A DNA stretch of 64,000 nt from positions 50,346,001 to 50,410,000 of the forward strand of contig NC_045696.1 of NCBI RefSeq assembly GCF_009834535.1, in the 5' to 3' direction. Positions 11,201 to 26,000 of this stretch are shown here, one piece after another. The DNA comes from Camelus ferus. Its lineage: Eukaryota. The first letter of the stretch is position 1, and every line of letters begins with the position of its first letter. The position numbers and the translations under genes are program-made. The notes under the pieces are model-generated. The model was not told where the DNA came from. It ran no database searches and worked only from the letters and a program-made list of their open reading frames with translations.

Positions 11201-13554
11201 GTTACATTTGATTTCATTTTTCCTGTGCTCCAAATGATCTTTTTCCTTCAATTCATGTGGACTTGTACATCTTAGAGCAAAGCTGTACGAAGTGACTTAT
11301 GAGATAGAGATAGATAATACAAGAGTTCATGATTGCCACATGATTTTCATCTAGAATGATCTCAGTGCAATTTGCAAGATCTGTATCACTTTCTACCCAT
11401 GGGTTATAAATTAAACAATAATACTTTTGCAATAGCAATTTAAAGAGAGATAACCTCAACATTTCACATAAGAACTTTAAAATCATATGTTTGAACATCA
11501 AGCTCTGATGTTGGTAAATAAACTTGGCAAATTTGTCCTTAATTTGAAGCCATAGGATATTTCATTAAGACTCTGATATGGGCTGGGAACTTTTTTTTTT
11601 TTTCCCATTTTATATTTAAGCAAAATTTTGGCCCAGAAATGTTAATGGCTTTTGTAAATTCTATGACTAGAGCCCTAATTTCCACATCACTGACTTTTGA
11701 CCTAGCCATTAAGCCAGGCCTTTATTCTTGTGGGATTCTTTGCAGAAGTAAGATTTTTCGTAGTCTTTCATAGCACTCAGTTTTGTGTGCCCACATACAG
11801 AATCAAAAAGCAAGTAAAATTGGACATGTTCTAGGACTAAGAAAATTGAACCAACTTTCAGTACTTGAGGATTTCCAAACCAGATCTATATGGTTCACTA
11901 ATTTTCTGCTATCCACAGTGTTAAGTTTTGAAGAGAAGAGCTTTTTAATTATTAGCTGTCGTTTTGGATTATTCTTCTTTCAACTAGAATACCTAGAAAC
12001 TACATGTGGACTTAAGGAAGACTCCAAATGCTGCTAGCCCTATAACTGGGTGTGTTAGAATCTTAGAATCATTTGATTTTCATTACCTCCCTGGGAAAGA
12101 TGTCATGGGGTAAGATAGAGAGGTGTATAGGTCATAGGATCATGATAAAATGTTCATTTCCTTATGGAGAGCCAGAACACTGGGAGGAAGTGGTGAATTG
12201 CTTGATGGAATATCTTTCATGGAAGCAAAGTGTCTGTTAGGCAGTTGGTAACCTGAGAAGAAGTATACCCAAGTGGAGCAGAGAAGAATTCATAAAGATG
12301 CCGTGAGATTTATTTCTACTCTCCCAGGCCAAGGGAAAGGAGCCAGGAAGGGAAGAAACAAACAGAAGTTTCCTCCCCTAGAATGAAGCAACTCATGTTA
12401 CAAATTATGTTACAGATTCTTACCATCATATAAAAAGATTTATATACTTTTGATGAAAGCAGAGGATGGGCTTGGGATCAAAGGGAAGTGAAAGCTCTGA
12501 GATTCCTATCCACCTTTATACTCATTTTGCCAAAAACTAACTCACCTTAAATGATAATGGGTATGGGTATGAAACCCCCAAATTATGGCTTTCTAGTGGC
12601 TTTCCACAGCCAGTATTAAAAATATGGTAGTTATACCACATAGGCCAACTAACCAGGGTTTATGCAGATTTCAGCAGATTATCTAGCAGATTTCAGTTTG
12701 TAGTATGAACATTTTGATCAGAAGCCTTTTCAGAAAAGACAATATTCTTCCTACTGAATCACGTTGAAAAGTATTCAGACATCACCATTGTCTGTGTCTA
12801 GTTACTTCAGTGTTTTAGGGTCCCAGATTAATTAGGGCAGGGTTAGAAGTTTGATCTCAGAAGGTCTTTCTCAATTCCATGTCATTGCCAGGATGAGTAA
12901 GAGCTGCTTGGCCCTGAAATATGTATAGTTTTTGCCTCTTTCTTATAGATCAACAGTCCCATAATCAATACCCATACTTCTAGCTGGAGGTTATGCAGTC
13001 AGCAAATATTATTGAGCAATATGCTCGGCACCATGCCCAATACTGGGGATTAGGAGATAAATCTTTTTAAACAAACAAACAAACATTGTGGCTGTCCCAG
13101 GCATTGTGCCAACCAATTTACATGTAAGAGGTCTTTTCAATTCTAAATGAACCACACAATGCACATGTCATTGTCCCATTGACTTTTTTTCTTTAAAAAT
13201 AAAATTCATTATTTTGAAAGTTATAAAAGCAGTATAGATCATTATAAAGAATATGGAAAATATAGAAAGGTGCAAAGAAGAAAATTACTATCATCTATAA
13301 TGGCAATCTCTAGGGATAATCATTATTATTAACTTGAGGAATCTTTTCTGCATGTGAATTAAGACTGTTCTGTGCTTGAAAAATCATAGTGTGTGTTGAG
13401 GAGATATATTTTCTGGCAGGGTTGCTGGAGAGGATTAAAAACTGAAGACTTAATGCTAACTTTGGTGTTTATATGAGACTTTGTGAGACTCATCCTCCTC
13501 CCCACTCTCATGCTCATCCCACTTCATCCTCAGCTGAACAATTGCTCACCTTCC

Positions 13555-13808
13555 TCTAAGTGTAAGAATATAGTTCTTCTGGGAGCTTTTCCCTGACACT
13601 CCTCCTACACATTCACCCACTAGTTAGGTTTTCCTTCCTCTGCTCTTGGGGCACCCTAACTTCTTCTATGTGGTACTATTATAATTGTAACAAAATAATC
13701 AGCTTCTATTCATCTAAGGTCCACTTTTCCCTTACTTACTATTACATCTTTACTACCTAGCAAAGTCTCAGGTGTACAAAGCATTCTTAGGATTAACTGA
13801 ATGAATGA
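13555..13808 (+). mobile_element. L2 LINE 3' fragment
   Basis: L2-like pyrimidine-rich body ending in a ...tgaatgaatgaa tail. Confidence 0.5.
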
Positions 13809-16800
13809 AAAGTTATGGTATAAAGACCAAATTTCTATAGGAATTCTGTCAGCACCAGAGGCTATGAAAGTGGCCCAAGAGCTACTGCTCCAAATTTGGG
13901 TGCATACATGGATGGGGCAGAGGGGTGAGGGAAGGGCATGGAAGGATGAGGAGCCATGTGACCCAGAAACTCTATGTGGAACCTTGGGGAAGAGACTAAA
14001 AAATATGCCAGTGAACTTAATTTATACAGTAGATTAATTCCTGAAATTTCTTTTTTTTTTTGGAAATTGATTCATTTTTCTGTTGATATACTCTATAAAT
14101 TCTAAGACACGGATACACACACACACATACATGCTCCTAAAATTAGCATTTAAAATTGTATTTAATAATGCATAGAGATTTTCAAATACAAGAGTATCTG
14201 AAAATAACTCTTAATAGTCATAATCTCTTATAATTAAGTCACTTTACCAAATATCCAGCAACATAAATTACCTAGAAACTTCCTGGAATCAGGATTTGTG
14301 GGAAAGAATAAATCTCTTATTTCTGGAGAAATACTTGGGACATATTTATAAAGGAATTCATTAAAAGGAACAGTTTTAAGTGTTCTCTTATGATATCTTT
14401 TGCTTTCTAGCTTCTTTCCAAACCAGATGAGATGTATCAATTGAGAAATCTAAAGTCAGCTCTTAGAATTTTCTTACATTTGCAGTGAGGAGATGTGGTT
14501 GCTTTATGAGTTCTGCCCTCCCTACTGTTATTTGCCTTAACATTCTCCACGCTTTATGGATTCAAGCAGTGTCAGAGCCAGCAGAGCCCGTAGCCATTAC
14601 CTAGTCCAGCTTCATCATTTTGCAGTTGAAGAAAACAGAGGGGTGATGAGACTTGCTAAGCACACATGCTAGTTGCTGGCAACTAGAACCCAGGCCTCTG
14701 GACTCCCTATCCCTCCAGCATCCTATGCCCGGATCATACAGTCTCCCAGGATAAGCTGTGGTTTGTACGTGTTTTGGGAAATGATGATGAGGCAGTGTCC
14801 AGGATTCAAGACTTGACTAATCACTTATATGATCATGGCCACCATTAGGCCAAAGGGACCCAGACTTTCATGCATTTTAAAGAGCCAAAAGAAATATAAT
14901 ATTCTAACACAGAAATAAGCATACTTGCAGTGCTGCCAGCTACCTGCAAAAGAGCTTCTTACAGCTTGATGGGCCTCAGATCTGGAATCACTATCCTAAA
15001 AGAAACAAGAAAGTTACAGGAAAGGAATTTGAAATGATATAACTCATTATTTAAGTTGAATTTACAGAATTGGATCTGCATCAAATCAACATTTAGAGAG
15101 TGTACTTTTTACCTGCTTTAGAGAGTACTTTGAGAATATCAGCAGTAACAGATAAAAATAATGTTAGACAAAAAAGGAAGATTTCCCTAGACCTCTCCAC
15201 ACATGCACCACTCCCATTAAATTAAAAAAAGAAGATACAGAAGCCACACTTTGAAAAGAAACAGTTGGGTCGTTTTACCACTCCATTGATGTCTTGTAGG
15301 GTGCTGAGTCACAGATGGAACTCTTGTAAAACATGCAAATGAATACAGGCTCACCACATACAACCTAATGAAGATGAAGACATTTGAAACCACCTAAATA
15401 AAGGTAACCTATAATGAATACCAGTGCACTGGACCAGGTTCTTCTGTGCTGAGGGATGTAGAGAGCAGACTTCATCTTTTTGTGAAGTAAAAGTAGAGTT
15501 GAGACTGAGCCACATGCCTGGCCAGGTCCCCCCTGGAGCTCAGCACATCTGGGCACTTGCTTTACAGAGAAAAGCAAGGAATAATATAACCCTCATAGTC
15601 TTCTGGCCACAAAGATCCTCAAACCCATTTTCAGTCTGTCAGGGTGCTAATCTATTTTGAACATTCAATCCTTCTTTCCAGAAAGTCTTCCCAGAGTAAG
15701 AGTAACCCAGCCTTTCTCCAGACCACCAACACAGCCTGCCTTTGTGTTCCTTCAGTGGGAATTCTACTGCACATATGTCTGGCTGGCTGGTTTGTTTGTT
15801 TCTCCACTAAATTAGAAGCTGCTTAACAAAAATCTGACCCATGATATGTATATTGGTGAGTGGTCTGCAGCACTTTGCTCTATGAGTGTTCTTAAAAAGT
15901 GTGGCTACATATGTGATATCTATAAGGCAAGCCAGCATCTACAGGGTAGGGGGTTATTGTACTCTCTCTAAGCTCTCCTAAAACTATGGCTGTAATACAG
16001 ACTTTGAGGTGGTGAGGGTTGTGGGGAACAAAGAGTAAGAGAAGATTATGATTTAAAGGTTCCTAAGAAACTAATTTACATGGTCTATATATAATCTCTC
16101 ATTTGACTGTTACCCATATAAAATGAGGCCTGGTTATTCTTGCTTTGAAACCAGGTGCACCCAAGACATTTAAACCACATCACTTTGACTCTGAAAGCTT
16201 TCAAGAATTTACTAGATTTTTGTCATAATTTCCTTAAAACTTTCTAAAAATCATCTCTAGGCATTTTTTTTCTCCCCAAGTTTCATATCACCAAAGGTAC
16301 CTCAAATTTTGATGAATAAAATTCTCCATCTTGTTACATACTGATAGATTGAAGAACAGGTTAAAGTTACAAAGAGAATCCATGTACATCTCACTGTTTA
16401 ACTCAGTGAACATTTATTGAACACCTGCTATATACCCGTAAGCTTTGTGGGTACAAAGATAAATACAACACAGTTCCTGCCTACTGACAATGAAACCAGC
16501 AGAGCAGGCAACGTAATTGTCTCCATTTTATAGAAAAGAATCTACAGAGATTAAGGGAGGTCATATAGCTGATAATGATGAAATCTGAATTAGACCCAGG
16601 ACTATCTAACTTTTGGATCATTACTTTCTAGTTTTCTAAGAGATTTTCAGATTGAAAAAAGTAAGCCATTTGGAACACAAAAACAAAACAAAATGACAAC
16701 AACAAAAATTCTTTTAGTTACAGTCAATTAGAATTCTTAAACTAGCATAAAAGTAAAAGTTACTGCCAATTGAAATTTTCTATATGGCATCTTAACTCAT

Positions 16801-16811
16801 TTGAGCCTCTA

Positions 16812-16975
16812 GCAGTGCTATCTAATAGAACTTTCTGAAAAGATGAAAGTATTTTGTGCTGTTCAATTCGGTATCACTAGCCACAGGCGACTACTGAGCC
16901 CTTGAGGAACTGAATTATTTATTTTAATTTAATTTATTTTATATTAATGAATTTAAATTTAAATAGCTACCTGAG
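16812..16975. mobile_element. MER3-like hAT-Charlie MITE
   Basis: cagtgctatctaatagaactttctg...cactagccaca...ggaactgaatt matches the recalled MER3 consensus. Confidence 0.7.
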
Positions 16976-18791
16976 GCTCTACAGTGTGGAGACCATGGTA
17001 ACACTGGGGATAACAAGGGAATTTTACATCTTCTACTGGAGGAGAATATTTCTGTTAACAGAAAAGATACCTAACCTGCTTTAATGTTTTGTGGAGTAGA
17101 GATAAAAGTGCAGTAGAAAGAGAAACAGACAGATAAGATGCTTACAGGCAGAGCCCAAAAGAATGCAGCCTTTCACAAAACAAAATAAGTAAATAAAAGA
17201 TGATGATGGCCATCCCACATGCTGATCACTGGTAGGAAAAAGATCTTCTCTCTGCAGAGACAGTTATACTTGTGCCAGCGGGGAAAATAAGCTTGTACTT
17301 ACAGAAATCATTTCTAAATGAAACCGCTTGGCTGTTTTTATCTATTCAAACCTAGACATACTACTGAATATTAATAAACTCTGTGGCCTTAAACGAACTG
17401 GTTGAATGTGGGAGGGAGAGAATTTACTCCTTTTTCCTCTTAAGGGACAAGTGAACTTGAAACCATAACTCTTTGCCCAGTGCACACCAAGTAAAGATTT
17501 CAGACCTTAAAGATTAAGGTGTCTGCTCAACAGGTGGCAAATTGTTCTTTTTCTATCACTAATTCTTATAATCCTCTGACTTGCACGTTGTAGTATCTAC
17601 AGATTTTTCTAGTGAGAACGTTTTTTTCTTACTTATTTTGTGCTTCCACACTATAAAATATCCAAGCTGCTCAGTGTGACAGTGTTCCACCATTAGCTGT
17701 GCTCCTGAGCTGAGGTTACCCAGGAGATTTGGTAACCAGAGTCTAGATAATTTAATAAAAAAGAGAAGTTTATAATGGAATCACTGACACTAGTTTCCAA
17801 TGACCCACATAGGTGCCATCAAGTGAAGTCATACAGAAGCCAAGACTCATGAAGCTCTCAAGGCACCATAATTTTCTCCATTAACTACAAGGAATTACTC
17901 TAGAGATACAAGACACAATATATAGTATTACAAAGGTAGCCAGATATGAATTTTATCCTGTTTTAATATCGAAATATCACCACTTATTTTCTGTTTTTCC
18001 TTCCTTCTCTGCATTGGAAGGAGTGATTCAGTCTATTCTAGGAGGGAGGGAATTTTCTCTGTCCTCCTCCCATTCCCATCACTCTCCACCCCCAGGAGGG
18101 AAAGCAAACATTTCTCCTTCCCACCAGGAAGTGTCTAATGACTAAGCCTTCCTACCCTGGAAAGAGAAACTAGTGTTTACTTGCTAATGATTTGGGCTCT
18201 GGATTTCATACCTACTGAAGACTATTTCATACAACTGAAGACTATTGCATGATAAAAAGTAAATAGTATAGGACTTTGGGCTTGATGGAGGGTCTAGGAC
18301 TGGAGCTCTGGAAAGTTCTAAAATTTGGGTGCAGAAGGCAAGAGAAAAGGGGAATCACTGGATGGGGAGAATTGTCTGGGAAAAGGATGGAAAGGGTGGG
18401 GAAAGGGGCACTGACCTGCAAATACAGGATGAGTAATTGGAAAAAAGTACTGAAAATGAGAAGAATCATAGTCCTCTATAGATCCAGTGCTCACATAAAT
18501 GAGAATCATCCCAAAATCTGTATCTTGGATCTCGGGGAATTTTTCTCCATTTGTACCTCACTAAGTTGGCTTCCCGGTGGAAACAACAACCATCTTTGCC
18601 ACAGAACTTTGCTTTGTTATTTGAAGTGACACTGTATGGACTCTTGCCACCATATATATCCCAGGACACCTTAAGCCCAAGGAACTCCTTGGATCCTTCT
18701 ATAAGGAGGAACTTTTCTAACTTTACTTGAGAGGGCTGAATTGTACAAACTTAAATCCCAAGCTAAACATTAACCTTTAAGTGGAAAGCTC

Positions 18792-19380
18792 TGTAAGGTA
18801 AGATAGTGGATCATTGATTGCCTCTCTAGTATCCATCCCCTCTCCCATCTTCTCCAAAAAGACTCCAAGTATTTATTAGATATCTACTATCCCTCTTCTT
18901 TTCAATCCATGTTACTTAGGGGAAGCTGACCCTACCTCCAGTTCAGGGGTTAGTTTTTATTGATTGACATGTGGTAATTCCATCCCCATTGTCAGGGATT
19001 AGTCCAGAACCCAGGCTTAAGCCAATTAATTCATGGTATTCCTCCTTGTGACAACTGTGGTCCAGGGCTGGAGTAAGTCTCCTGCCTTGACTCAATCAGA
19101 CAGAAGGAAAGGACTTTTATTTCATGATTGGAAGAAATACTGTCACTCTCTCCTACTGGACGTGAATAAAGAAGCATATCCCCTTTATTCCTAACAAGAG
19201 TCATCTTATAAACACAAGAGAAATCAGTCTTAAATTGATGTAAAAGCTGTGATACAGAAAGAGAAGGAAAATATTTTCTGTTTAAAGACATTGTTGAACA
19301 GCCATTCCTACCTACGGATTTATTCATTTCCTTGTTTAAATCAGTTTATGCAGAGTTGTCTATTATTTGCAGCTGAAAAT
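18792..19380 (+). mobile_element. MLT1-type (MaLR) solo LTR, old subfamily
   Basis: ggggaagctgaccctacctccag and the terminal ttatttgcagctgaaa motif resemble MLT1K/L. Confidence 0.55.
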
Positions 19381-20006
19381 TAGCTTTAAATCCTTATTAG
19401 AAGCACTCAGGAAGCTGATAAGGAAACCTACTCCTTTATTAAAAGAAAATCCAGAACGTTAAATTATTAGCCAGAAAGAAAAACCATTTAGTGTAAGAGA
19501 GATGGGTAGCTAATTAACACTTTCCCAAGGATCTCACCCTTCTGCATGGAGTTCTGTGAATTAAGTCACTGTAGTCACCACCATACTTGGCCGTAGAAAT
19601 ATGTAAATTCCGTCTTAAGGCAAGATGTAGACAAACGCAAGCTGCAGCTTTAAAGAAGGCTTTGTAATATGCCAAGGGAGAACAGTAGGGACAGGAGCAA
19701 AGAATATAGCAATAAATAAAATTCATTTGACTTTCAGAGTATATAATTGTGCCATAGCTAGCTGGTGCCTGAGTGTGCAGACCTTATCCTGTTTCTTGTC
19801 CTACTATCTGAGCTGTTTACCAAAAGCTGATCCAGCTTCACATGTAATCCTGCTCAGGTTTCTAGCTTCCTCCCAGTTGGCCTCAACATGGATAGCACCC
19901 TTGTAATCTCTGCCCAAACCCCCCAACCAAGTTCTTTCTTAGGCTTTCAGTAAACTTCAGCTTAGGAGTTCTATTCAAGTTCTGTTCAGGAGAGCCGATT
20001 TCTGGT

Positions 20007-20191
20007 TGTGTTTCTCAAAATTTGACATAAGAACCTTCCACATTAGAATCACCAAGGACGACTGTGGAAAACAGATCCTTGGTCCTCACTGAAAGAGATT
20101 ATGATTCAGTAAATCTGATGTGGCATCCAGGAATCTGTGTTTAAACCAATTTCCTAAGTAATTGTAATCAAGATAAAAATGGAAAACACTG
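20007..20191. mobile_element. MER5A-like hAT-Charlie MITE
   Basis: gtgtttctcaaa...cattagaatcacc...tgattcagtaaatctg...aggaatctgtgttt...aaaacactg. Confidence 0.7.
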
Positions 20192-20979
20192 TTCTAGGAA
20201 TACCTTTAACTTTTCCAAAGCTAACACTAATGATAGCCTATCAAGTATACCATCATGAAGCAAACATCATATAAATACAGTTCCTCACAAATGCATATAT
20301 AGTGGCTATTTTGGACTTTCAAATCTGGCTTTTAACTACAGTTCTACAAGTCATTTTCCATATCTTTTTTTCTTAACCATTCCCAACATACATTTTTCTT
20401 TTACCCAAAAGAATAGGTATAGTAGTACAGAATATTTGTTTTATTCTTGCCTTCAAAGAATTCTGGTTGAAGTCCAAATATACATTTCCTTATAAAAAGA
20501 GAATGTCATAAGAAGAAGCAAATGAAAACATATTTCTGAGGCCGAACATAGACTGTTAGTGAAAATAGTTATATTTTTCAATAAAGCCTAAAAATTGCTA
20601 AACACATTCAGAATCAGGATGCTAAGACACTGAAACTCAAAGATGACTAAAAATAAAAAAGAAGTATTTCAAGAAGTAACCTATCCACATGCCAAGGTTA
20701 CTCCTACCCAAAATAGTATAAGAAAGTCCCTCCTGTTCCAAGATATCTTCTCCACCCATTTAATCATCCATTCAGCCAACCACTGCCTTCCATTTCCACA
20801 TCACATTTCTTTAATTTATTATTATTAAAGAAATTTATTAGGGTTGCTGTAACTTTAAACCATTGTGTAGAAGTAGCAGCATATAAACCAATTGTTAATA
20901 CTTTTACTAGGATGTGTGTAACAGTTATTTAGAGAGGATAGCTGATGTAATGATACCCAGATTCAGTGGGCAGGAGGTT

Positions 20980-21840
20980 GTCTTAAGTTGGATTCTATTT
21001 ATTTGAGATCAGATGAAAGGAATCACAGGTAGGGGGATGGAGAAGTGAAACAGGGAAAAAGAGAAAAGCAATAGAGAGTGTGATAATGAGCAATTTACTA
21101 CTGTAACAAAGGTGTAAGGAGCTGGAGTATTTATTCACCAACTCCTATTCATCCCTCCTGGTTGAGGAGTGTTCTAGAGCATTATCTTTTCCAGGCACTT
21201 CCCGCATTCCACTTGGGTGGTGCTAAGTGACTTGAGTCTCAGGGGCTTGAAGAAGAAAGCCATTAATATGGAAGAAACTGATGAATGCTGAGGGGACATG
21301 AGTTGGGTTCTAACAGTGTCTGCCGCAGTCCACACTATACATCACTCAGGTCCCCTTGGGCACTATGTTAAATGGACTCAGTACTACCATTGATTCCTTA
21401 AGGATGTGATTCGTTAGAACTTCAAGAGAGAAAAGAAAAAAGAATAGTAAAGTTGATAAAGTCTTTACTGGTACAGTTGGTCCCAAAGTCATGTTGATAA
21501 TCATCATCTCCATCGTCCACCACTTGTTAAGCAGTTTGGCTTGTCTTGGTTGCTTGGTGTGAGAAGTTAGACCTTCATCTTTGAGGGGTCTGAGCCCTTG
21601 ATTACTATTCTTTTGTCAGACTAAGACTGCTTGAATTGTCTGTGAATCATACACAAAATCAACAAAAAATGCACCAGTGAACTTTCTAGGTTTCGGATAT
21701 TTTCTTCCCTGCTAGCATTATATAGTAGCAGTCCTATCTCCTGATGGTAATCAGAGCCAAATTACCCCTGCCACTATAGAACTTCTCCTTGCCTGTTAGC
21801 ACAAGAAGTCCAAAATGACTAGGTGGAAGTCATAACTTTA
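20980..21840 (-). mobile_element. ERVL (LTR16/LTR33-type) LTR plus adjacent internal fragment
   Basis: LTR16-like motifs (gctggagtatttattcaccaactcc, ggcacttcc), then gtccacactatacatcactcagg resembling the ERV3-16A3-type PPT/internal junction. Confidence 0.55.
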
Positions 21841-21849
21841 GGTTAGGGA

Positions 21850-22200
21850 ATCTCAAACAGAGGACTGAAGAGCCCTGGGAATTTCCAAGACTATTTCAGA
21901 GGATTCCTGAAGTTGACTTTTTCCAAGTACATATCTGTAAGAGACCAGATTTTCTTAATTTACTTCAACCGAAAGATCATCTCACAACAGACTGAATGCT
22001 GAAGCAGATTGAGAATCCACCTGTCTTCTATTAAACCAGAGATTTGCAAAGATATAAAATGACACCATTCTCCCATTAATTTTTTCTGTTTGAGAAGTAT
22101 TTGTTATTCATTAAAATGCTATTTACTTTAATATGTAATGGGTTTGTGATTGTTATGTTTAAATAAATTAATAAATAAATACTTTTAAAATTCTTTAGCT
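21850..22200. mobile_element. Charlie1-like hAT DNA transposon fragment
   Basis: acttcaaccgaaag...cacaacagactgaatgctgaagcagattgagaatccacctgtcttctattaa matches recalled Charlie1 sequence. Confidence 0.65.
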
Positions 22201-22201
22201 T

Positions 22202-22438
22202 AATGGACAGAGAACCTGAATAGACATTTTTCCAAAGAAGACAGACAGATGGCCAACAGATACATGGAAAGATGCTCAACATCACCAGGCATCAGAGAAA
22301 TGCAAATCAAAACCACAATGAGATATGCCCTCACACTTGTTAAAATAGCTATTATCAAAAACACAACAAATAACAAGTGTTGATGAGGTTGTGGAGAAAA
22401 GGAAACCCTCGTGCACTTTTGGTGGGAATATAAATTGG
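22202..22438 (+). mobile_element. L1 ORF2 3' fragment
   Basis: gaatagacatttttccaaagaagac...aaatgcaaatcaaaaccacaatgagata is canonical L1 ORF2 C-terminal sequence. Confidence 0.9.
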
Positions 22439-23042
22439 CCCTGCCAAGGAGATCATCTTGCTAGTCAACACTGGCATCAGAGTTCCCTAATAACATGCTC
22501 TAGCAACTGTGGACAGGGAATGTTGCCTTCCATTCCAGTTCTACAATGATCAAGTCATTAGTCACTGCAGTTGCTCATTGACATTGCAGAGGATAATTCA
22601 GGATAGAGAAAAACAAGAAGGATTCTGTGCTTTAGATACAGGCCCTCCATAGTTAAGATGTATATCTAAGGAATAATTTCAGTAAGCCCCAGAATCTTGC
22701 ATCTTCCCATACATAAAAAAGCACTAAAATCATTAGCTTGAAATGTTTTTTCTTTGTAAAAAAAAAAAGCACTAAAATCATTAACTTGAAATGTTTATTC
22801 TTTGTAAAAAAAAAAAAGCTCTAAAATCGTTAACTTGGAATGTTTATTCTTTGTGATAAGCAGTAATCTTTTAATGTTCTATTACATGTGTTCCCCTCCC
22901 CACTCCCCACCCCCCCGGCAAAAAACTCCTATATATCCTGGCTCCTCATTTATCCCTTTAGAACAGTTTCTCAGAGCTCTCCGAGAGGCTGTCTCCTGGG
23001 CTCTAGTCCTCAGTAAGATCCCTGAATAAAACTTAACTCACA

Positions 23043-26000
23043 GAGAGGGATCAGGATGGTGGGTAGGAGTACGTGGAGCTCATCTTCCCCTACAGACTCA
23101 TCAAAAAATACATCTACATGTGGAACAATTCTCATGGAAAACTAACTAGAAACTGGCAGAAAAACTCCTATACAACCAAAGCCATAGAAAGATCTCCATG
23201 TAACCAGGTAGGATGGGAAAAAAGGCATTGGGTTGGGACCTGCACCCCTGGGAGGAATCTGTAAGGAAAAGAAGGTCCACATGGGGGGACCCTTACTCTG
23301 GGAGGTGAGCAGGTCAATCCACAAACTGGGTGACCCAGACCTGGGGTCCTGAGTAAGGGAGACAGACTCTCTTGCTGGAAAATCTACTGAGACAGATAGA
23401 ATGGGTGGAAAATAGCCTAGACTCTGCTCATGAGGAGTGTGCACATGTCACCTTGCTAACAGTCAGGGCAGAGAGAGCCTTGCACTGGCAGCTTCTGCTT
23501 CACTACATTTCCTAGCCTGAAGAAGCAGTCACTCTGGCCTTACTCACTCCACACCACAGCCAAGCACAGGATATGGCAAATATTTGATCTAACTATGCAA
23601 AGTCAGACCAGGGTCCTGGGATGTGATCTGGACAGAGCTGAAGAGGCCATTGTCAGTGCATGCAGGGCACAGTGGGTCTAAAGAATGCACAGCTGCTTAG
23701 TGCTGGCTGAATCTCAGGCAGACAGGCCCCAGGAGATGGCTCAATATAGCTACAAAGAGACAGCCCAGTAGGCCTAGGGTGTGATCCAGATGGAGCCCTG
23801 GAGCCCATTGTCAGAGAGCACACCTGGGTGGCACCACAAGAGGGTGCAGCAGCTAAGCACTGAATCTGGACTAGACAGCCTTGGGATATGTCTGTCACAG
23901 AGGCAGCCCAGATTTCAGGCAGCAGCACAGCCAACTCAGTTTGTGTAGCCACAATGACCCAACCCCCCAACCCAAGCCTACAGCACACCACCGCCTTGCA
24001 CTAAATCTGGGACAACACAGAAAGGGGCGTGACCTTGGGCTGATTCTGAGGAGAACCACAGATGCATACACATGTGGCACATAGGCCCTCTGTGACACCA
24101 TGGGCCTCACTTGCTTCAGCAATCGTCTCCTTTGGGGTTGGGCTCACATTCAAGGACAACAGAGCCTGATCTAACCTGACCCTTAGGGATTCTACTTCAA
24201 CAGCTGTAGAGCAGAACTCACCCCTGACAATGCAGTGACAGCTACAGAGCAAAGAGTAAGCAGTACTTCATATTCAACACAGGCTTTAAATACCCCAACA
24301 CCAACCACATCTGTTATCAAGAGGATAGCTACCAGCATGCTGTACTCAGTGTCTAAACCAAAACCAGCCCTTGCATCAAAAACACGTCACACACACAATC
24401 TATAAAAGGATGCTCCCCCATAAAAATAGTCCTTCAAAACCACAGTATATATCTGTTTCTCCTAAATTCATAGTCAGAGAAATTAAAGTAAGATGAAAGG
24501 GCACAGCAACTACACTCAATTAAAAGAACAAGAGAAATCCCCTGAAAGAACAATTAATGAAACAGACCTCATCAGTTTACTAGACCCCAGGTTCAAAAAA
24601 GAGGTAATAAAAATGCTGAAAGAATTAAGAAAGATTATCAACAGAATTACAGTCACATAATGAGGAACTAAAAACTGTAAAGATGAACCAGTCAAAATAG
24701 ACAATTCACTTGCTGAGCTAAACACCAATCTAGAAGTAATGAATAGCAAACTAAATGACACAGAAGAACAAATAAGTGATCTGGAATTCCAGGTAGATCA
24801 ATGGGAATCACCCAATCAGAACAGCAGACAGACAATTTAAAAAAAAAAAAAGGCAACATATGACATCTTTGGCATAATACAAAGCATGCCAACCTACACA
24901 TAATAGGGGTTTCAGAAGCAGAAGAGAGATAAGAGGATCAAAAATATATTTGAAAAATTATGGCTGAAAACTTCTCAATTCTAAAGAAGAAAACATATTC
25001 ATTCAGGCACAAGAAGCACAGAGGATTTCAAATAAGATAAATCCAAATGGACCCACGTCAAGATATATCATAATTAAAATAGTAAAAGTTAAATATAAAG
25101 AGAGGATTCTAAAGACAGCAAGAGAAAAACAGAGTCACTTACAAGGCAACCCCCATAAGGCTATCAGTTGGTTTCTTTGCAGAAACTTTGTAGGCTAGAA
25201 GGGAGTGGCAAAATGTATTCAAAGTCCTGAAAGGAAAAAATCTGCAACCTAGAGGATACTCTGCCCAGCAAGATTATCATTTAAAATAGAAAAAAAGAGA
25301 AAGATTTCTTCAGATAAGTGAAAATGAAAAGAATTCAGCCACACTAAACCTAGCCTAAAAGAAGTATTGAGGGGTCTTCTCTAAGTAGAAAAGAAGCGTG
25401 AATCTATAGGAAAGGTAAAATCACAATAAAAAAGACAAGTATACAAAAGGATTGAAGATCATTTATATAAGCCAGTACATAGATTTAAAAACAATCAAAA
25501 ATTGTAAAAGTGATTATACCTGCAATAACAGTAAACGACGGAATGAAGATGTAAACTAAGACATCAAAATCACAAGCTGGGGGAGAGGAGTATGAAAATG
25601 TGGATCCTTTAGAATGTGTTTGAACTTGAATGAATGTCAGTTTAAAGCAAGTAGATATAGTAATAGGTCAACATAATGCACTCCATGGTAACCATAAATT
25701 AAAAACATACAATAGATTCACAAAAAACAAAAAGAAACTCAAGCATACTACAAAAGAAAATAAACTACTAATAGGGAAAACAAAAAAGAAATTAACAAAG
25801 AACTACAAAAACAGCTGGAAAATGATTAAAATGGCAATAAGTAAATGCCTATCAATAATTTTTATTTGTTTGTTTGTTTTTTGGGTGGTGGTAGGAGGTA
25901 ATTAGGTTTATTTATTTATTTACTTTATTTATTGTGGAGATACCGGGAATTGAACCCAGGACCTCTTGCAAGCTAGCACTTGACCACTAGAGCTAAATCA

